Shown here in pieces: positions 25,971-39,356 of a DNA stretch of 64,000 bases. The notes beneath the pieces are model-generated. The model was not told where the DNA came from. It saw only the letters and a list, made by a program, of their open reading frames with translations, and did not search any database. Position 1 is the stretch's first letter; each line of letters opens with the position of its first letter. Position numbers and translations under genes: made by a program. The DNA is from Tubulanus polymorphus (Eukaryota; Animalia; Nemertea), in contig NC_134035.1 in assembly GCF_964204645.1 (NCBI RefSeq), positions 10,820,451 to 10,884,450 on the forward strand, written 5' to 3'.

Positions 25971-28432
25971 ATGAAGTTGTTAATTGTGTTTGCTGCCGTA
26001 TTGGCACTAACTGCCGCTGGTATGTAGAAATATTCTATGCTATGATATAATCATAAAAGTAGCGAAGGAAAAGTCTCGATCAATTTTGATTAAAAAGTAT
26101 ATGATCGTTTTGTTTGAATTTTCTTTCTAGTAGAGGGACTAGTTTAACTTTAAAAAACTTTCTCTAACGTTGATAGTCATATATCGTAACGGAATTGTTA
26201 AAAATCCTTTTGTACGGAAGGAATAACAAGATCAATTTTGATTAAAAACTCTGATGAATTATCTTTATTTGATATGTTTGAAAATACAGGTTTATATGAG
26301 TTTAAACTTTTATTTTTTGATTTAACCGATTGCGAAACTCTGATTATCATTATGTCTATGATCAATCGTTCATATTCAGAACTGTCCTACGAAGACCATG
26401 TCGAGAATATAATCGAAACGTTCAGCAGATCGTTCGAATCGCGATCGAAACGCGGACTATTCGATTCCGAATTACTCGACAGCCTCGTAACCAGCATCAG
26501 AGGCACACTCGCCGATGTCAAGACTCAAGTTGAGGCCGGTCTTGGAAAGGTAATTTCTCGGGGAATTCCGGAACAAAGCGCAACTTGAAAGAAAAGAAGT
26601 TTTTCAAATCGCAGGTTTTGAATACATATTCCTGTAGATAGGATCATTAACAAGGAAGATAACTTTAATTTTTATCGGCGCATTGGAAAATAACACATTT
26701 TTAAATATTGTCGACCACAGATGAAATAATAAGAAATAATTTGATATTAGCAACGATCCATAAAGAGATTTTGTATTAAAAATATATTGGTTTTAGAATA
26801 TAATCAATTGAATTGAATTGACCGACAACCAGTCTAGCCCCGATATATCGATGAAGTAGCGCACATCCTTTCAAAATAGTTATCAAAATTAATCAAATAA
26901 TATAAGATGTATGCAACGTATTCAATTATAAAATGAATGCCAAAATGCACAATTTTATTTGTTAATTTTGAAACGCCAATCTTGATGACGTATTGCACAT
27001 CGACCAACACAGAACCCCTTAAATAACGCATAGTAGTACATAATATTGAAACGATTTTTACGGCTTCAAAAACGTAAATCTTCTTATGAAAATGAAATTG
27101 TGTTCTACTTAATATTTGCACAAAGCCATTTTTTGAAATCAGTTTCAAACGCGACTTGCAATTGTACTCGACCGAAGCGATTTTATTATTCATCCCTGTT
27201 CAAACTGAAATTCCTAAGTTTTCTATGTAGAGCAAAACCTACTTGGAAGCAAAGTACGAGGAGTTGAAGAACTACGTGGATAGTCTTGAACTGAACGATA
27301 AATACCACGAGGTTGTTGCGAAGGCGAAAACCGTCATGGACCAACTTCAAGATAAAATCGGTAAGTAGAATATGGATACTAATGTCTTGATCTGGCATGG
27401 ATTTATACGATACTCAGAATGTCATTCGGTATCGTTACACTCATTTTTCAGCCAACGCTATCGCCAAGCGCCATTTGGAAATCGCCTTCCAGGATCTCGA
27501 ACACAAAGTCTACACACGTGTAAGTATAATGGATAGATACCGTTTAAGGGATTGATATTGAGAAAATCATTGGATTAGGGTAATAGATTCTCACGATTGG
27601 ACGAATGAGTAGACGCAAAACCTTTAGGTCATAAAAATGCAGAAACGAAACTAGCTACTGCAAAAGTAAAACAGTACATAGCAGTCTAACGCAGTAGCTT
27701 TCGAATTGTAAATCGAACAATGGGTTTAAATTCAGGCTATAAGAACATTGTAAAATCCAGCTATATCTATTTGATGCCTGTATAGCGTTAGGAGGTTGAT
27801 TCAATTTCGCCCAGTTATCATCAGTAAAAAAGTGTACTCTCCTATTGCAGGCTTTGGCCGATCTCCAAACCCGTGCTACTTTCAAGGAAACGATGAAAGA
27901 GGCTTGGACTAAGGTCAAGTCTGGTTTCAGTGACTTCGGTGATTGGTTGAAAGACAGAGTAAAGGAGAACTGGGACAATGTCAAGCCACAAATTGAGCAA
28001 ATCAAAGATATGGCGACCAAGGTTTGTACTGGTGGCACGTATAAGTAGTTGATGCGTTCAAACAATTTAGGATCGCCTAACAATCTCGGGAGAACTTTTG
28101 CTAGTAATCAAGGAGTAATTCAGGATCAGCTATCAAAAATATGAGCTTTGTTGATATCATAACGTCTTGTGCTTTTATCGCACCGAACGATCTAGAGACA
28201 TGTATTGCATCTACTAAATCGGCCTATCTTTTCAAAGGTGCTCAACAACGCCGTCAATGATATCAACGAAAAGGTAATGACGCAAGCGACTCAACTGTTC
28301 AACAAGTACAAGGACGAATTGGGGCCGATGATCTGGGCCAAGATTGAACAGAAATTCAAGGACGTCACCGGCAAAGACGCCAAAAAAGAAATCGTAGACA
28401 AAGCCGACCAGAAACCCGCTGTCCAAGAATGA
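25971..28432 (+). CDS. Secreted cysteine-free amphipathic alpha-helical precursor (apolipoprotein-like), paralog A, ~260 aa
   Basis: Coding exons 25971-26019 (MKLLIVFAAVLALTAA signal peptide), 26380-26549, 27231-27360, 27452-27519, 27851-28021, 28238-28432. All junctions are GT-AG and in phase (783 nt). Clear homology to 54533-56118. AATAAA near 28470. Confidence 0.88.
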
Positions 28433-30010
28433 AGAGTATATGCGATTAATGTTAATGTTCGCAATATAGAATAAATTCTTGTTCACAAAAGAACCACTGT
28501 TTTCTGTGTTCAAACTATTTCATTTATTTGTTCGAAGGTTTGATTTAATTTCTGCATCGGTGGAGCATTGAGGGTATGTGACCGAACAAATGAAACCATT
28601 TTTAGAAATAGAATTTGGAACCAAAAAATGCGGAACTTGGGTTTGAAAGGGGATCGTTCAGGTCCTCGCCCCCTCTGGTGACGCACATGAAGAGCTCGGG
28701 ATCTTCAAACGATTGCCGAAAAACTGGCAGCAGCGCGGATCCAGCTCTGACACGAGAGATGTGCACAGCGATAGCGGTCGGCAAATAAATCGGTCGCCGC
28801 CCTATTCACTCAATATAGAAGCCCGTTCTTTTGTGTATCAATATTGTGCATTACAATAATCATTAATTTTTTCAGTCGAAAGTTTAATAGTCGAAAACTG
28901 CGTAGAATGTAGGAGTATAGCCCAAATATAGTTGGCCGGATCTGCAACTGAAGAAATAGCAGAATTAATGTTAGCTTATTGTACAATCAATACTCTCTCG
29001 ATTTTCTCGGTTTCCATCTCACGGCACTTGAGCAGAATTTTTTTGGTCATATTCTTTATTTTGGTTCATTTCTCATGAATAAAACACCTACAGAATCATT
29101 GAAATGAAACCAGAAGTTGCTCTAAAGTAATACGAAAAAGGTTTGCTGAATAACGGCAACTTTGATACTGTGAGATCAGGTGCATGGTCCAGATGTGATA
29201 CTGTAAACACCATAAACAATGGGGTTTTTATTCATTGGTGAGACATAATGTCGCAGCTGTCGCACCTGTAGCTACGCCCCTGAAAACGATGATGGTGCAC
29301 ATGCGCAGTGAGCCAAAAATCGATTCGCCATCAGCGCTGAAGCGAATGTTGCCTAGACATATGTCACAAAAAGTGTGTACACAAAAAGGATAGATTTTAC
29401 AAAAAGAGAACCTTTAATATTCACAAATGCAAGACGGATATTGGAAATCCCTGGTGAATGAAGGAGGTATGTAAAACGATGGATTATTTACGTAATTATG
29501 GATAAAAAAATTGTCACAGTGGGAGCATTATGTTACAGACCTGAGCTGGGTTCCATAGATGTGGAAGAAAGATAGTCCCTGAGAATATTTTGAAATTCGT
29601 CAGTTTTAACTATGGTTTATCATTGTTACTATGGTGTTTGTCACCCAAATCGACGATTTACCCTCAGGGATAACTTTGATACTCAGTCTATGAAACCGGG
29701 CCCATATTAACTATATAGGTATATCCAATCATTATTGGCGATTCCAATTACCAGGCGCCATTTTGAGGCGGCCCCAAAGGTCCCGCATTGTTGGACAAAT
29801 TTTTCTCGGCTGCAACAATCAGATACAGTTGCAGTTTGAAAAATATACGTCACTTTCAGGAAGGCGCCGAAAAATGGTAATTTTGTGTTATTGATTGTAA
29901 CTTTTTCATGTTTTGAGATACAATGTAGAATTTTTCGTTGAAGATAGAGTTTTATCTGAGGATTTTGTTGATACTGCACGCGTGAATAGGCCTATATCTT
30001 CATTTGATTT

Positions 30011-30415
30011 TCTGCAAACTGATTGTACTGTACCCCTGTCATCTCTCATCACAGAATGATTGTACTCTATGCCCTCAACTACCCTTGCAGACTGATTGTA
30101 CTGTACCCTCAACTACCCTTACAGACTGATTGTACTGTACCCTCAACTACCCTTGCAGACTGATTGTACTGTACCCTCAACTACCCTTGCAGACTGATTG
30201 TTCTGTGCCCTCAGTTATCCCCCCTTACAGAATGATTGTACTGTACCCCAGTCATCTCTCATCACAGACTAATTGTACTGTACCCTCAATTACCCTTGCA
30301 GACTGATTGTTCTGTGCCCTCAGTTATCCCCCCTTACAGAATGATTGTACTCTACTCTCAGTTTGTCTCCCCTAACGGACTGTCAGTCATCTCCTTCCTA
30401 ACCTTCAGTCATCTC
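30011..30415. repeat. ~33-bp minisatellite (CAGACTGATTGTACTGTACCCTCAACTACCCTT); shorter homolog at ~43265-43460
   Basis: Direct tandem units visible. Confidence 0.85.
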
Positions 30416-32341
30416 AGGGTTCGACAGTCAGCCCGAGTCTAGCGATCATATTTACGCATCATCTCGAGACTAAATGTCTCCGCTCGGCACCGAACAATAC
30501 TATACCCATGTTATATTGGAGATATATAGATGATATATTCTCAATCTGGACCCACGGTGAAGATAAACTACCCGAATTTTTCGAACATATGAACCAATCA
30601 CACCGTACCATCCAATACGAACTGACACAATCAAGGGAGAAGGTACCCTTCCTAGACGTTGAAGTCTACAAAGGGAGAGATTTTGAGAACTCGACAAGTA
30701 AACTCTCAACAAGGGTATACACAAAACCCACGGACGCACAGGCTCTCAGATTTAAGAAAATCTGCTCGGACGAAAGCGAATACCGCTCACAATACAAAAA
30801 AACTACAGGGTTACCTCCGGGCCCGAGGCTATAGTGCTCGCGAATCTACAAAGCGGACCAACAATATCGTACGGATCTCTTACACACGCGCACAAAAAAA
30901 GCGCTCATTTGATTCAATCTCACTGATCACCAAATACCATCCGAACACGGATAATATCCGTCAGTCGCTTACAAAACACGAAAATAATCCAATCGAACGC
31001 GACTCTGAGAATAATATTCAAGGAACCTCCCAGAATATTATTCACACGCAGCGAAAATCTTACAGACATTCTAGTCCGTGCGAGATCATCCTCGCTTGCC
31101 AGGGGTCCAGTATCACTCCCGAACTCGCTTCCACCAGCCCCCTGGCCTCACGAAGCGTGATTTCATTACTGGCGCTGTTGCGAATGACCTCATATATCGA
31201 TTTGCGAAATACTTCCTTGTTCGGTAAAACGTTCGCTGATTGGTCCATTTAACGGGAAAACCAACAGAAGTCTACTGTCGGTTTGTTACAAGCGCTGTGA
31301 TTGGTACGACCGGATTCTGGTCGGCTAGTAACGACTCCAACGACTCGTGAGGTCAAGGGGTTCGGGGAACAGCTTTAGCGTAGTGGGTTCGAATCCCTTG
31401 ACGGGTGAAGATGGCGCGAGATGTGTGTAAAGCACACCACCATCTCAACCTCAATACCGTAATAATAGTCGGTTTATGTGCTTCATACGAATCCTTCGAT
31501 CACGATTTATGCAAAATAAGGTGAAAACCGTTTAAATCAGTTTCCGTTCCGCTCATGTATAGACACTCTCAGGACTCGATATACAGCTGCTCGGACTGAT
31601 GCTAAGGGCAGTCAATTTACTCCCGACGTGTCGTTTTATCAACATAACGCTATATCAATGTTCGATAACCAAGGAATACCTGGTCGAATCAATACCGCCC
31701 GGCGGTCACACAAAATCGCATCAGATCACATCAGATCGATGATTTGAAGAACCTCCTCAATCCAAACAGATTGAAATATAGACGTAGTCGATACGTACGC
31801 CGACAGATGATCGGTGCGATTACCCTCGCAACACCAACGGACCCTGTTTTGACAGGACGGAAAGTACTCTCCACACGAGACGAGGAAAGCCCGTCCCACC
31901 TTTGCACGAATCAAACATCCATATCGGTTCTCACAACTACCCGCCACTGTAAGGCCACGAATGTGTTGATACACACGCCATCTATCTGATTAGGCTATCA
32001 CTACTATTCGCAATGACTTGTAATATGGTATACCCATCCACCGACGTCTGTTTATAATAAAAAGAAATAACACAATGTGTACCTCACATTCTCAATATAA
32101 ATTACTCAGTTTTATTTCTATTGTGAATATATATAATTATTACATTGCTACACCCTCGTGAAACTGGCTGTGTTACCCAGCCTCTAACGGTCCAGCGGAC
32201 CCAAACACCCAAAATACAACTCATTCAGTTTTATTTCTACTGTGGATTAAACTAAATACTAATGTGTACATATTGCTACACCCTCGTGGAACTGGCTGTG
32301 TTGCCCAGCCTCTAACGGTCCAGCGGACCCAAACACCCAAA
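30416..32341 (+). mobile_element. 5'-truncated, degenerate Penelope-like retroelement (RT domain) with tandem terminal repeats
   Basis: QGSTVSPSLAIIF..LE, WRYIDDIFSIWTHG, VPFLDV, VYTKPTD, QALRFKKICS, RGY, NLTDILVRA are typical PLE RT/thumb/linker motifs, with frameshifts. Two direct ~70-120 bp repeats at ~32105-32213 and ~32225-32341. Interrupted by a MITE at 31087-31413. Confidence 0.8.
31087..31413 (-). mobile_element. MITE, CATC...GATG termini, 9-bp TSD (family 1a)
   Basis: Inverted copy of 33880-34209; flanked by GTGCGAGAT (31078-86) and GCGCGAGAT (31414-22); nested in the Penelope relic. Confidence 0.88.
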
Positions 32342-33879
32342 CAGACTATTCACTGAATATTTTACCCTCAGTTTTATCCTTCCTTTGCAGACTTATCGTA
32401 GCATCAGTGATCTCCCCCTCGAGACTGATTGTGTCACTATGTTAGTGTATTTCCCACTAGTGTTAGGCCTATATTGATGTATTCCTTTCTCCGGAAGGAA
32501 TCACCGGCAAATATCTGCATTCCATTCCCCCCTTTAAAATGGAGAATAAGTTAATCAAGCAGGGGATTGCAGAGCTATTTAGAATTCAATCATACTTATG
32601 TTTCAAAAAAGAGTGAAAATAAACGAAACAATTAGACCTCGATGGAGCGCCACAAAATGACGGCAAGAAACTGGAAACCCTTTTATTGTTGACATAAGCC
32701 GCGATCACACGAGCATTTATGGCCCGGGCCAAATTTGGCCCGACCAAGAACGTCGGACCAGGCCCGAGCCAAATTTTAGCACTAGACAAATACATGGCCC
32801 GAATCAGCCACCATACTATACTTGAGGAAAACCCCACAATTATTTTTACACTGCACAAAAAAAGAAAATATTTTAGTCATCGGAGTCATATTTTGATGGA
32901 AGGCGTTTTATTTTTCATAGCGGAATTATTTTTGTGAAATCGGCCCCTGGTCTCTACAGTCCACGGACTATAACCAGTTTCGAATAAAAGAACTCTATCG
33001 TTGGTATCATTTGGTACATTTTGGCATTTTGTCAAGCTATCGTGAAAAAAGCAGGAGCAGAAGCCAAACTCATTCCACTGTATTCCAGGATATAGCCAGA
33101 AAAAAAATGTGAATTACATATTTTCTAGAAGTGCCTTATCTAACAGGTCCAGGAAATGAGTCCTAACAAGGAAAATGAGTCATTTCAATTTGTTCTTGGG
33201 GAGCGCTCCCAAACTTTGATGAGCTTCGCCGCCAGCAAATTATTGAGCAATAATTTTTAGTATAATATAGTCACATTGACCGACTTGGTCTGCTGTCTCC
33301 TGAATAGGGAAGATCAGAAAATAAATTGCCCAGGGCAAAGTGTGGTTTACCTTGAAAGCTAGAGGTTGTTTGGGGTAAGGGCATTGCTTGAAAAATCTTT
33401 TTAATTTGTGACTTCAAAGTTCCACAAGTTTAAATATTGTATTTTATCTTTCTTAAAGGATTATTTTGTAGTCAAATAAGACTAAAGATATACATTTGTT
33501 TAGGTCCACATCCAAAATTTCGTAGGGTACAGGTAGGCGCGGCATGGAAACTATATTATATTTTCAAAGAAATATTTTTCATAATATGAAAAAATATTCA
33601 AATAAAATTCATATGATGTCACATCTCAGAGGGTGGCTGAATGTCCGCGGAACCTAAAATACCGGTGCAGTAAGAAATCAGCGTATAAGATCGTTTTAAA
33701 TCCTGGAATTTACCACTACAATATTCAGACCTCGACCAATACCTATAGTTTGCTGCTTAGTATTTTCAGGTCACAAGAAATTACAATTTATTACAAATTC
33801 TATCAAACAGAAAACACAGCGTTCTTCTGATGATGAAATGTCAAACGCGCCAGAAAGCAGCGTTACAGTATCACTGTAG

Positions 33880-34209
33880 CATCTTCACCCGTCAAGGGAT
33901 TCGAACCCACTACGCTAAAGCTGTTCCCCGAACCCCTTGACCTCACGAGTCGTTGGAGTCGTTACTAGCCGACCAGAATTCGGTCGTACCAATCACAGCG
34001 CTTGTAACAAACCGTCAGTAGACTTCTGACTTCTGTTTTCCCGTTAAATTGACCAATCAGCGCACGTTTTACCGAACAAGGAAGTATTTCGCAAATCGAT
34101 ATATGACGTCACGCGCAACAGCGCCAGTAATGAAATCACGCTTCGTGAGGCCAGGGGGCTGGTGGAAGCGAGTTCGGGAGTGATACCGGATCCCTGGCAA
34201 GCGAGGATG
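33880..34209 (+). mobile_element. MITE, CATC...GATG termini, 9-bp TSD (family 1a)
   Basis: Perfect TSD TCACTGTAG at 33871-79 and 34210-18; imperfect TIRs; near-identical to 31087-31413 in opposite orientation. Confidence 0.9.
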
Positions 34210-35088
34210 TCACTGTAGTAGTGTATACTGTACGAGCGTGTGTTTGTGTGCAACAGTCTATAGCACTGCGCGCACATGGAGGCCTCGTGTAGTGAACGTT
34301 CGCTTACACTTCAATGTCAATCAAAACGATCACCGGGTATTAAAATGAAACAATACCTATGGCGGATAATAATTACATTCTCACCAGCAATGAGCGCGCA
34401 TTTGAAATTCGCACGTATACGGCACCTAGTCCAATGAAACGTTCGCCATTCTATGGCTTTCTCATGATTATTTTAGTACGGTAGCGCCGAACGCCTAATC
34501 GAGGTCATTGCAATTTTATACGCGAGGGCTAGGAATTTTCCCGCCAAAAACAGTTTTTCGTAGAATTTTAAAAAATGTTGACCATGTCATCGACGGAGGT
34601 TCGCCATGTCTTCAATCGCATCGATTATACGTTGTTTAAGCCGAGAACCAATGAAACAAATGCTCATATAAAAAAACGTACCGCGATTATGAATTGGCTC
34701 AATGCCAACTTCCAACTTCATATCGCTGACAAAGGTAAACCAAAAAGGGACAAAACGTATATATATTATCATTTTTTATCAATAGGAGATTCAAAGTTTC
34801 TGAATTAAACAATCAAAAGAGCGCACGTCGATCACAACATTATAATATTGCTATCGCAGCGGACACATATACCAAAACATAAAACACCTGGAAAGTTGTG
34901 CTCGCATCTCTGAAGAGAAGGTATCAAGCTCATTAACATCACTATCGGTATCCATACCCACTATTGGGTTAGGCAAGTATTTCATCCCTCTATCTCAGTT
35001 GCATTTGTGTGCCAAAATCATTATGATATTCATCAGATTTTTATTTCAATCTTACAGCACAGCATATTGGTATTAGATCGAGTTAATC

Positions 35089-36249
35089 ATGCTTAACCGT
35101 CTCAAGAAAATTGGATTAGCCGGTTTCATCATCACAATAATTTTGGTGTCGTATCATCTCATCAATGTATCTGATAGATTCACTGATGCCGTTGCAAATT
35201 CATTGAAACAGATTATGACGAACAGACCGAAATCATCATCGCATCGTTACGACGTCGTTAATGATTCAATATCACAAGACAACATGAAGGTACCTGTTGT
35301 TTACAAGGATATCGTTGCTATTTTATTGGAACAGTTTCGCTTTACGGATAGTAAATGCGGTCCGGTGCCAAAAATAATACACCAGACGTGGAAAACTGAA
35401 AATATCCCGATCTCATTCAAAAAATATATAACGTCTTGGGTCAGACTTCACCCCGATTGGGAATATTGGTTGTGGACCGATAGCATCGCCGACGAGTTCG
35501 TTAAACGCAGATTTCCTGCGTATTATCCGATGTACAAAAATTATGGACAGGGAATTCACAGAGCCGACGCGATTCGGTATTTTATACTCTATACGTTCGG
35601 TGGACTGTACGCTGATTTAGATATGGAAGCCTTGCGACCATTCGATCATTTGCTGAACACCCACACGGCGATGATACCCGAAGATCATATCGTTCATAGC
35701 GTCGTTAATTGGGGTCGACCGCGACCATCGACTTTAAACGCGTTAATGACGTCAACGCCAAAACATAAATATCTACGGAAAATAATCGAATATCTTCCCA
35801 CAGCTGATAAAGCAACAGGTAAAGGTGATGTTGTTTATAAAACTGGTCCATTCATGACTGATGACGTTTTAGTTGCGTATGAGAAATCTGTGGGTGTTGA
35901 GAGTAACAGAACCGTGTCGTTATGCGATGCGGTCTATTTTGCGTCTTACAGTCGATTCATTCCTGAATTTGATCCTAACGTTATGAAAAGCATAAAAAAT
36001 GGATGTAAAAACCCCGGACCCCCTTCAACACCTCGAGGTAAAACTTGTGAAATGCTGAAACGCGATAATTACACAAATAAGCCACGCGGACCGGAAGTGA
36101 TGTCGTATCACGCATTCCATCACACGTATTACGAAAAACCCGAATACAAGTTAGTGTTTTCCGTTCGCGAAATCGTGAAAAAACCGTTCGACATCAAAAC
36201 ATTGATATCGAATATGAAGCCCGATAGAGACTTCGAGAAATTAGTTTGA
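35089..36249 (+). CDS. GT32-family (DxD) type II membrane glycosyltransferase, Sur1/Och1/A4GALT-like, copy 1
   Basis: 386-aa single-exon ORF with an N-terminal signal-anchor, PKIIHQTWK, RADAIRYFILYTFGGLYADLD (DxD), TGP motif and C-terminal His motif. Splice acceptor CTTACAG at ~35057 upstream of the ATG. Confidence 0.92.
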   Translation: MLNRLKKIGLAGFIITIILVSYHLINVSDRFTDAVANSLKQIMTNRPKSSSHRYDVVNDSISQDNMKVPVVYKDIVAILLEQFRFTDSKCGPVPKIIHQTWKTENIPISFKKYITSWVRLHPDWEYWLWTDSIADEFVKRRFPAYYPMYKNYGQGIHRADAIRYFILYTFGGLYADLDMEALRPFDHLLNTHTAMIPEDHIVHSVVNWGRPRPSTLNALMTSTPKHKYLRKIIEYLPTADKATGKGDVVYKTGPFMTDDVLVAYEKSVGVESNRTVSLCDAVYFASYSRFIPEFDPNVMKSIKNGCKNPGPPSTPRGKTCEMLKRDNYTNKPRGPEVMSYHAFHHTYYEKPEYKLVFSVREIVKKPFDIKTLISNMKPDRDFEKLV

Positions 36250-39242
36250 GTATAATTTTAAGATAGGCGAGTTTTACATGCACCGTCTCATCCCGGTTTC
36301 AAGTATAATTCATATTCTTCTGCAATATACCGGTTTTTCTGATGATCCGTCCAAAGATATTATTGAAACCCAAGTGAACTTAGATTGAAATATTTTTGTT
36401 TCGTGAGAATATAATATTGATCTATATATCTCATTTTCAACAACAAACGTTCATAAATTATATATGATTTAATAATAATGAAAATAATGATAATAATAAT
36501 AATAATGATAATAATAGTCTTTAATTACATTGAAATTATTACATAATATAACACATAATTTATAAAAAGATGACGGCGATGAAAATAATCATAAGCAAAT
36601 GGGAAAGATGAAGATAATATTGTATAGTAGTAGTAATTAGGTTTATCTAGTAAACTTGATAAATGGTTGAAGGGTTTTTGAGAACACATCTGATCACGGT
36701 TATCGGGTGGGGTGTTTCGTGTCGATGTGTCAATTCTTTGGTCCTTAATAACCGTGGGAGGGTTTTTAGAGAAATGTTAATGACATGATAAAATAAAAAC
36801 ATCAGCCATATTGCTACCATTTTCGGAAGATGTCTCCCAGTGTGAGAAAATAAGTGATTTATACCATTGGCAGTTGGGAGATTCTCCCTCCGTATGCAAA
36901 AGTACGGAACACCTGAAGGGACATACCGATAGGTGTTAGCCGGTGTTAGCTGTCTGAAAGCAAAGAAATAAAGAAACTGCTTAAAGTAAACTCGAATGCA
37001 AGATCTTTGCTTTCGAATAATTTGTTAATTACAAGGGTAGACCTAGGGTTCATATAAATCTATATATTTGAGTTTTGAATTTTGAAATCAGGGGATCTAA
37101 AAATAGTATTCATCATTAGCGGGACGTCGATTCAGCAATAAATTTTTCAGGGAAGAGCCGATCGGCCTTCCGAAAGGGAAGGCGCATCGCGGCCGTGAGT
37201 GTTGAATCTCATTGCTAATTAAAGTTGAAAAATAAGATACATGTACGTTGTTATCTGAATACTTAAAGATTCTTAATCTTATTTGTGTTCTGTCTACTTA
37301 ATTACGGAAATCCGATGTATTTGCGGTACTGGGAACAATAAAGTATTGAAAAAAGTAATAATTAAGTTAATTAGAATAAGTATTAATAAAGTATATTTGA
37401 ATTTGAATTGAGCCCACTAGGTGGTGGTATTGGAAGAAACCGGGTGGTTTGATATTCATCTTAATGTGCTCCAGCGCCGTGGCGCTGTCGCAAAAACTGG
37501 ACACTACTGAAAAACTACCTAATAAGCCAACCAGAACAACTGACATCCTATGAAAACACGGGCTGAGCTCTTTATTATGATATTACGTGTACAAACTTAG
37601 CGGCTCTACAGCTCTTCTTCGAAGTTAGAAACTTGACCTTTCAAACGTTTCGGCTTGTAAGTCTTGTTGATAGGCTGAGGCGCGCACGGTGACCTAACGC
37701 GCACCTGCTGGTAATGCTTTAAAGCTGAAGAAACTGGGCTTTGGCATTCGTATTTGAGCGTACATAGTACATAAATGGATAGGCAGATATTATTCGTAAC
37801 CAGCATAGATCGCTTCCCGAAGACCCGAGGTACCTCGCGATATGTTGTTTGTTCGTGGAGAAACCGTGACAACAACCCGCTCCGAAATAGTAAGTAATTT
37901 TTTGATAATTTAGGCATCTCCAAATTCCAAACTATTCCTAGTTTAATGCCAAAGCGAACATTAAAACATAATACTTCATAGTGGATTCCGATTTAGCGAG
38001 GTAGATCATAAAAAGATGAACAAATTGACATACAATAACCCTGACGAATTAGGGCGTCCAGAGATTTTTTGACGCTCGTAAATTTTACCTCGTAAGAATT
38101 CGACCGATTTTATAGAGCGGCCACTTTCCTGCCCCTGAAATGATTTCCCCTCCCATTTATTTCCTCTTGGAGTAGGATAATGGTGCTCTCCTATTTTCTT
38201 AGAGAAATTTGATATACAACACAAGAAGTCCAGAAATACCTCCTGATGAAAAGGCCTAGAAATTTTATTTAGTCAAATGAAGTACATTTATTTTAACTGA
38301 ATCCAGTCTGGCCTACCACCATACCGGTACCAGATATTTATTCTTTCTTCTTTAGCACGATTAGTACCGACCGTTAGGGATGCAAATTTGAGTACCGCTG
38401 CCGGTATGTCTGCTGAGCAAGCCACTGGTAAATATATCAAATTTTTTAATCTTGAGATTAAGATTAAGACAATATGAAAACATTAAGATGCACTATCTTT
38501 CACTTTTTACAGCATCAACAAAGCGCTCAGTAAATCTCACTACCAAGCAAGGTGCCCATTCGAGAGAGGTACTTCGGAAGTTCCAGAAAAAAGCGTAGCC
38601 GTAGGAGTGAGTCTTAAATCTATATTTTTTGGAATGTTTTTATTAAAGAATTAAAATTCATTACACATGTTAGAAATAATGGTTATTCTGATATTATGAT
38701 GAGGTTATTCTGATGTTATATTGATTGTGAGGTCTTACAAGTTTTGTATATTTCGAACTCTGAGTGACTGTCAATCAAATGACTTAAATGAAATGACAAC
38801 GACAATGAGGATTATGCAAGTATGATAAGTATGAGGACAATGCAATTATGATAAATATGTTGTTCTCTATTAAACCCCTGAGGTCAGTTTTATAAAGGAG
38901 GCACAGTAGACTCTGTTTAAGGCGGTCTGGTTTATTCGGTAATCGGCTCGACGCTATATATGTCCACAGAATTGCTAACATTTGCAAACTTTTCTCTCTT
39001 ATATATTAGATGCGAAACATGAGACAAATATTTCTTTTCTCTCAAAAAAGATAAATATAGAGAACTATAACTGATTCTGCTTAATTCAACGCATATTTCA
39101 TTCAAATAATGAAGGTCTTTGAAAGGACCCATTTTCTACAATCATATTTATTCTGGTAAATGTTAGATCCTATAACCGAGTCGTACACAAAATGGCGGCT
39201 TTTTTCAATTGATAAGATCAGAAGGGTTAGTATCAAGAGGGT

Positions 39243-39356
39243 TTAGGCTAAGGTGAGGCGTGCGTTAGAGTAGGGTAAGGTGAGGCTATAGGCTTAGGGT
39301 TAGGTGAGGGGTTAGGGTTAGGTGAGGCTTTAGGGTTAGGATTAGGTGAGGCTTTA
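39243..39356. repeat. Degenerate TTAGGG/TGAGG telomere-like G-rich tract
   Basis: TTAGGGTTAGGTGAGG units repeated about 5 times. Confidence 0.75.

Noticed and set aside
30011-30415. Regular ~33-bp repeats resembling a CRISPR array
   Set aside because: Head-to-tail minisatellite without unique spacers, in eukaryotic DNA, with no cas genes.
31385-31396. GGTTCGAATCC motifs as tRNA genes (also ~16544, ~33897, ~59028, ~44180-44250, ~54608)
   Set aside because: No cloverleaf can be folded; most lie in MITE termini, and the others are at best decayed tRNA-SINE heads.
31060-34277. Near-identical short ORFs at 31060-31252 and 34044-34277
   Set aside because: Chance translations of two copies of the same MITE.
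39243-39356. Interstitial telomere or chromosome fusion site
   Set aside because: Short, degenerate and single-orientation; more like a repeat-internal tract.
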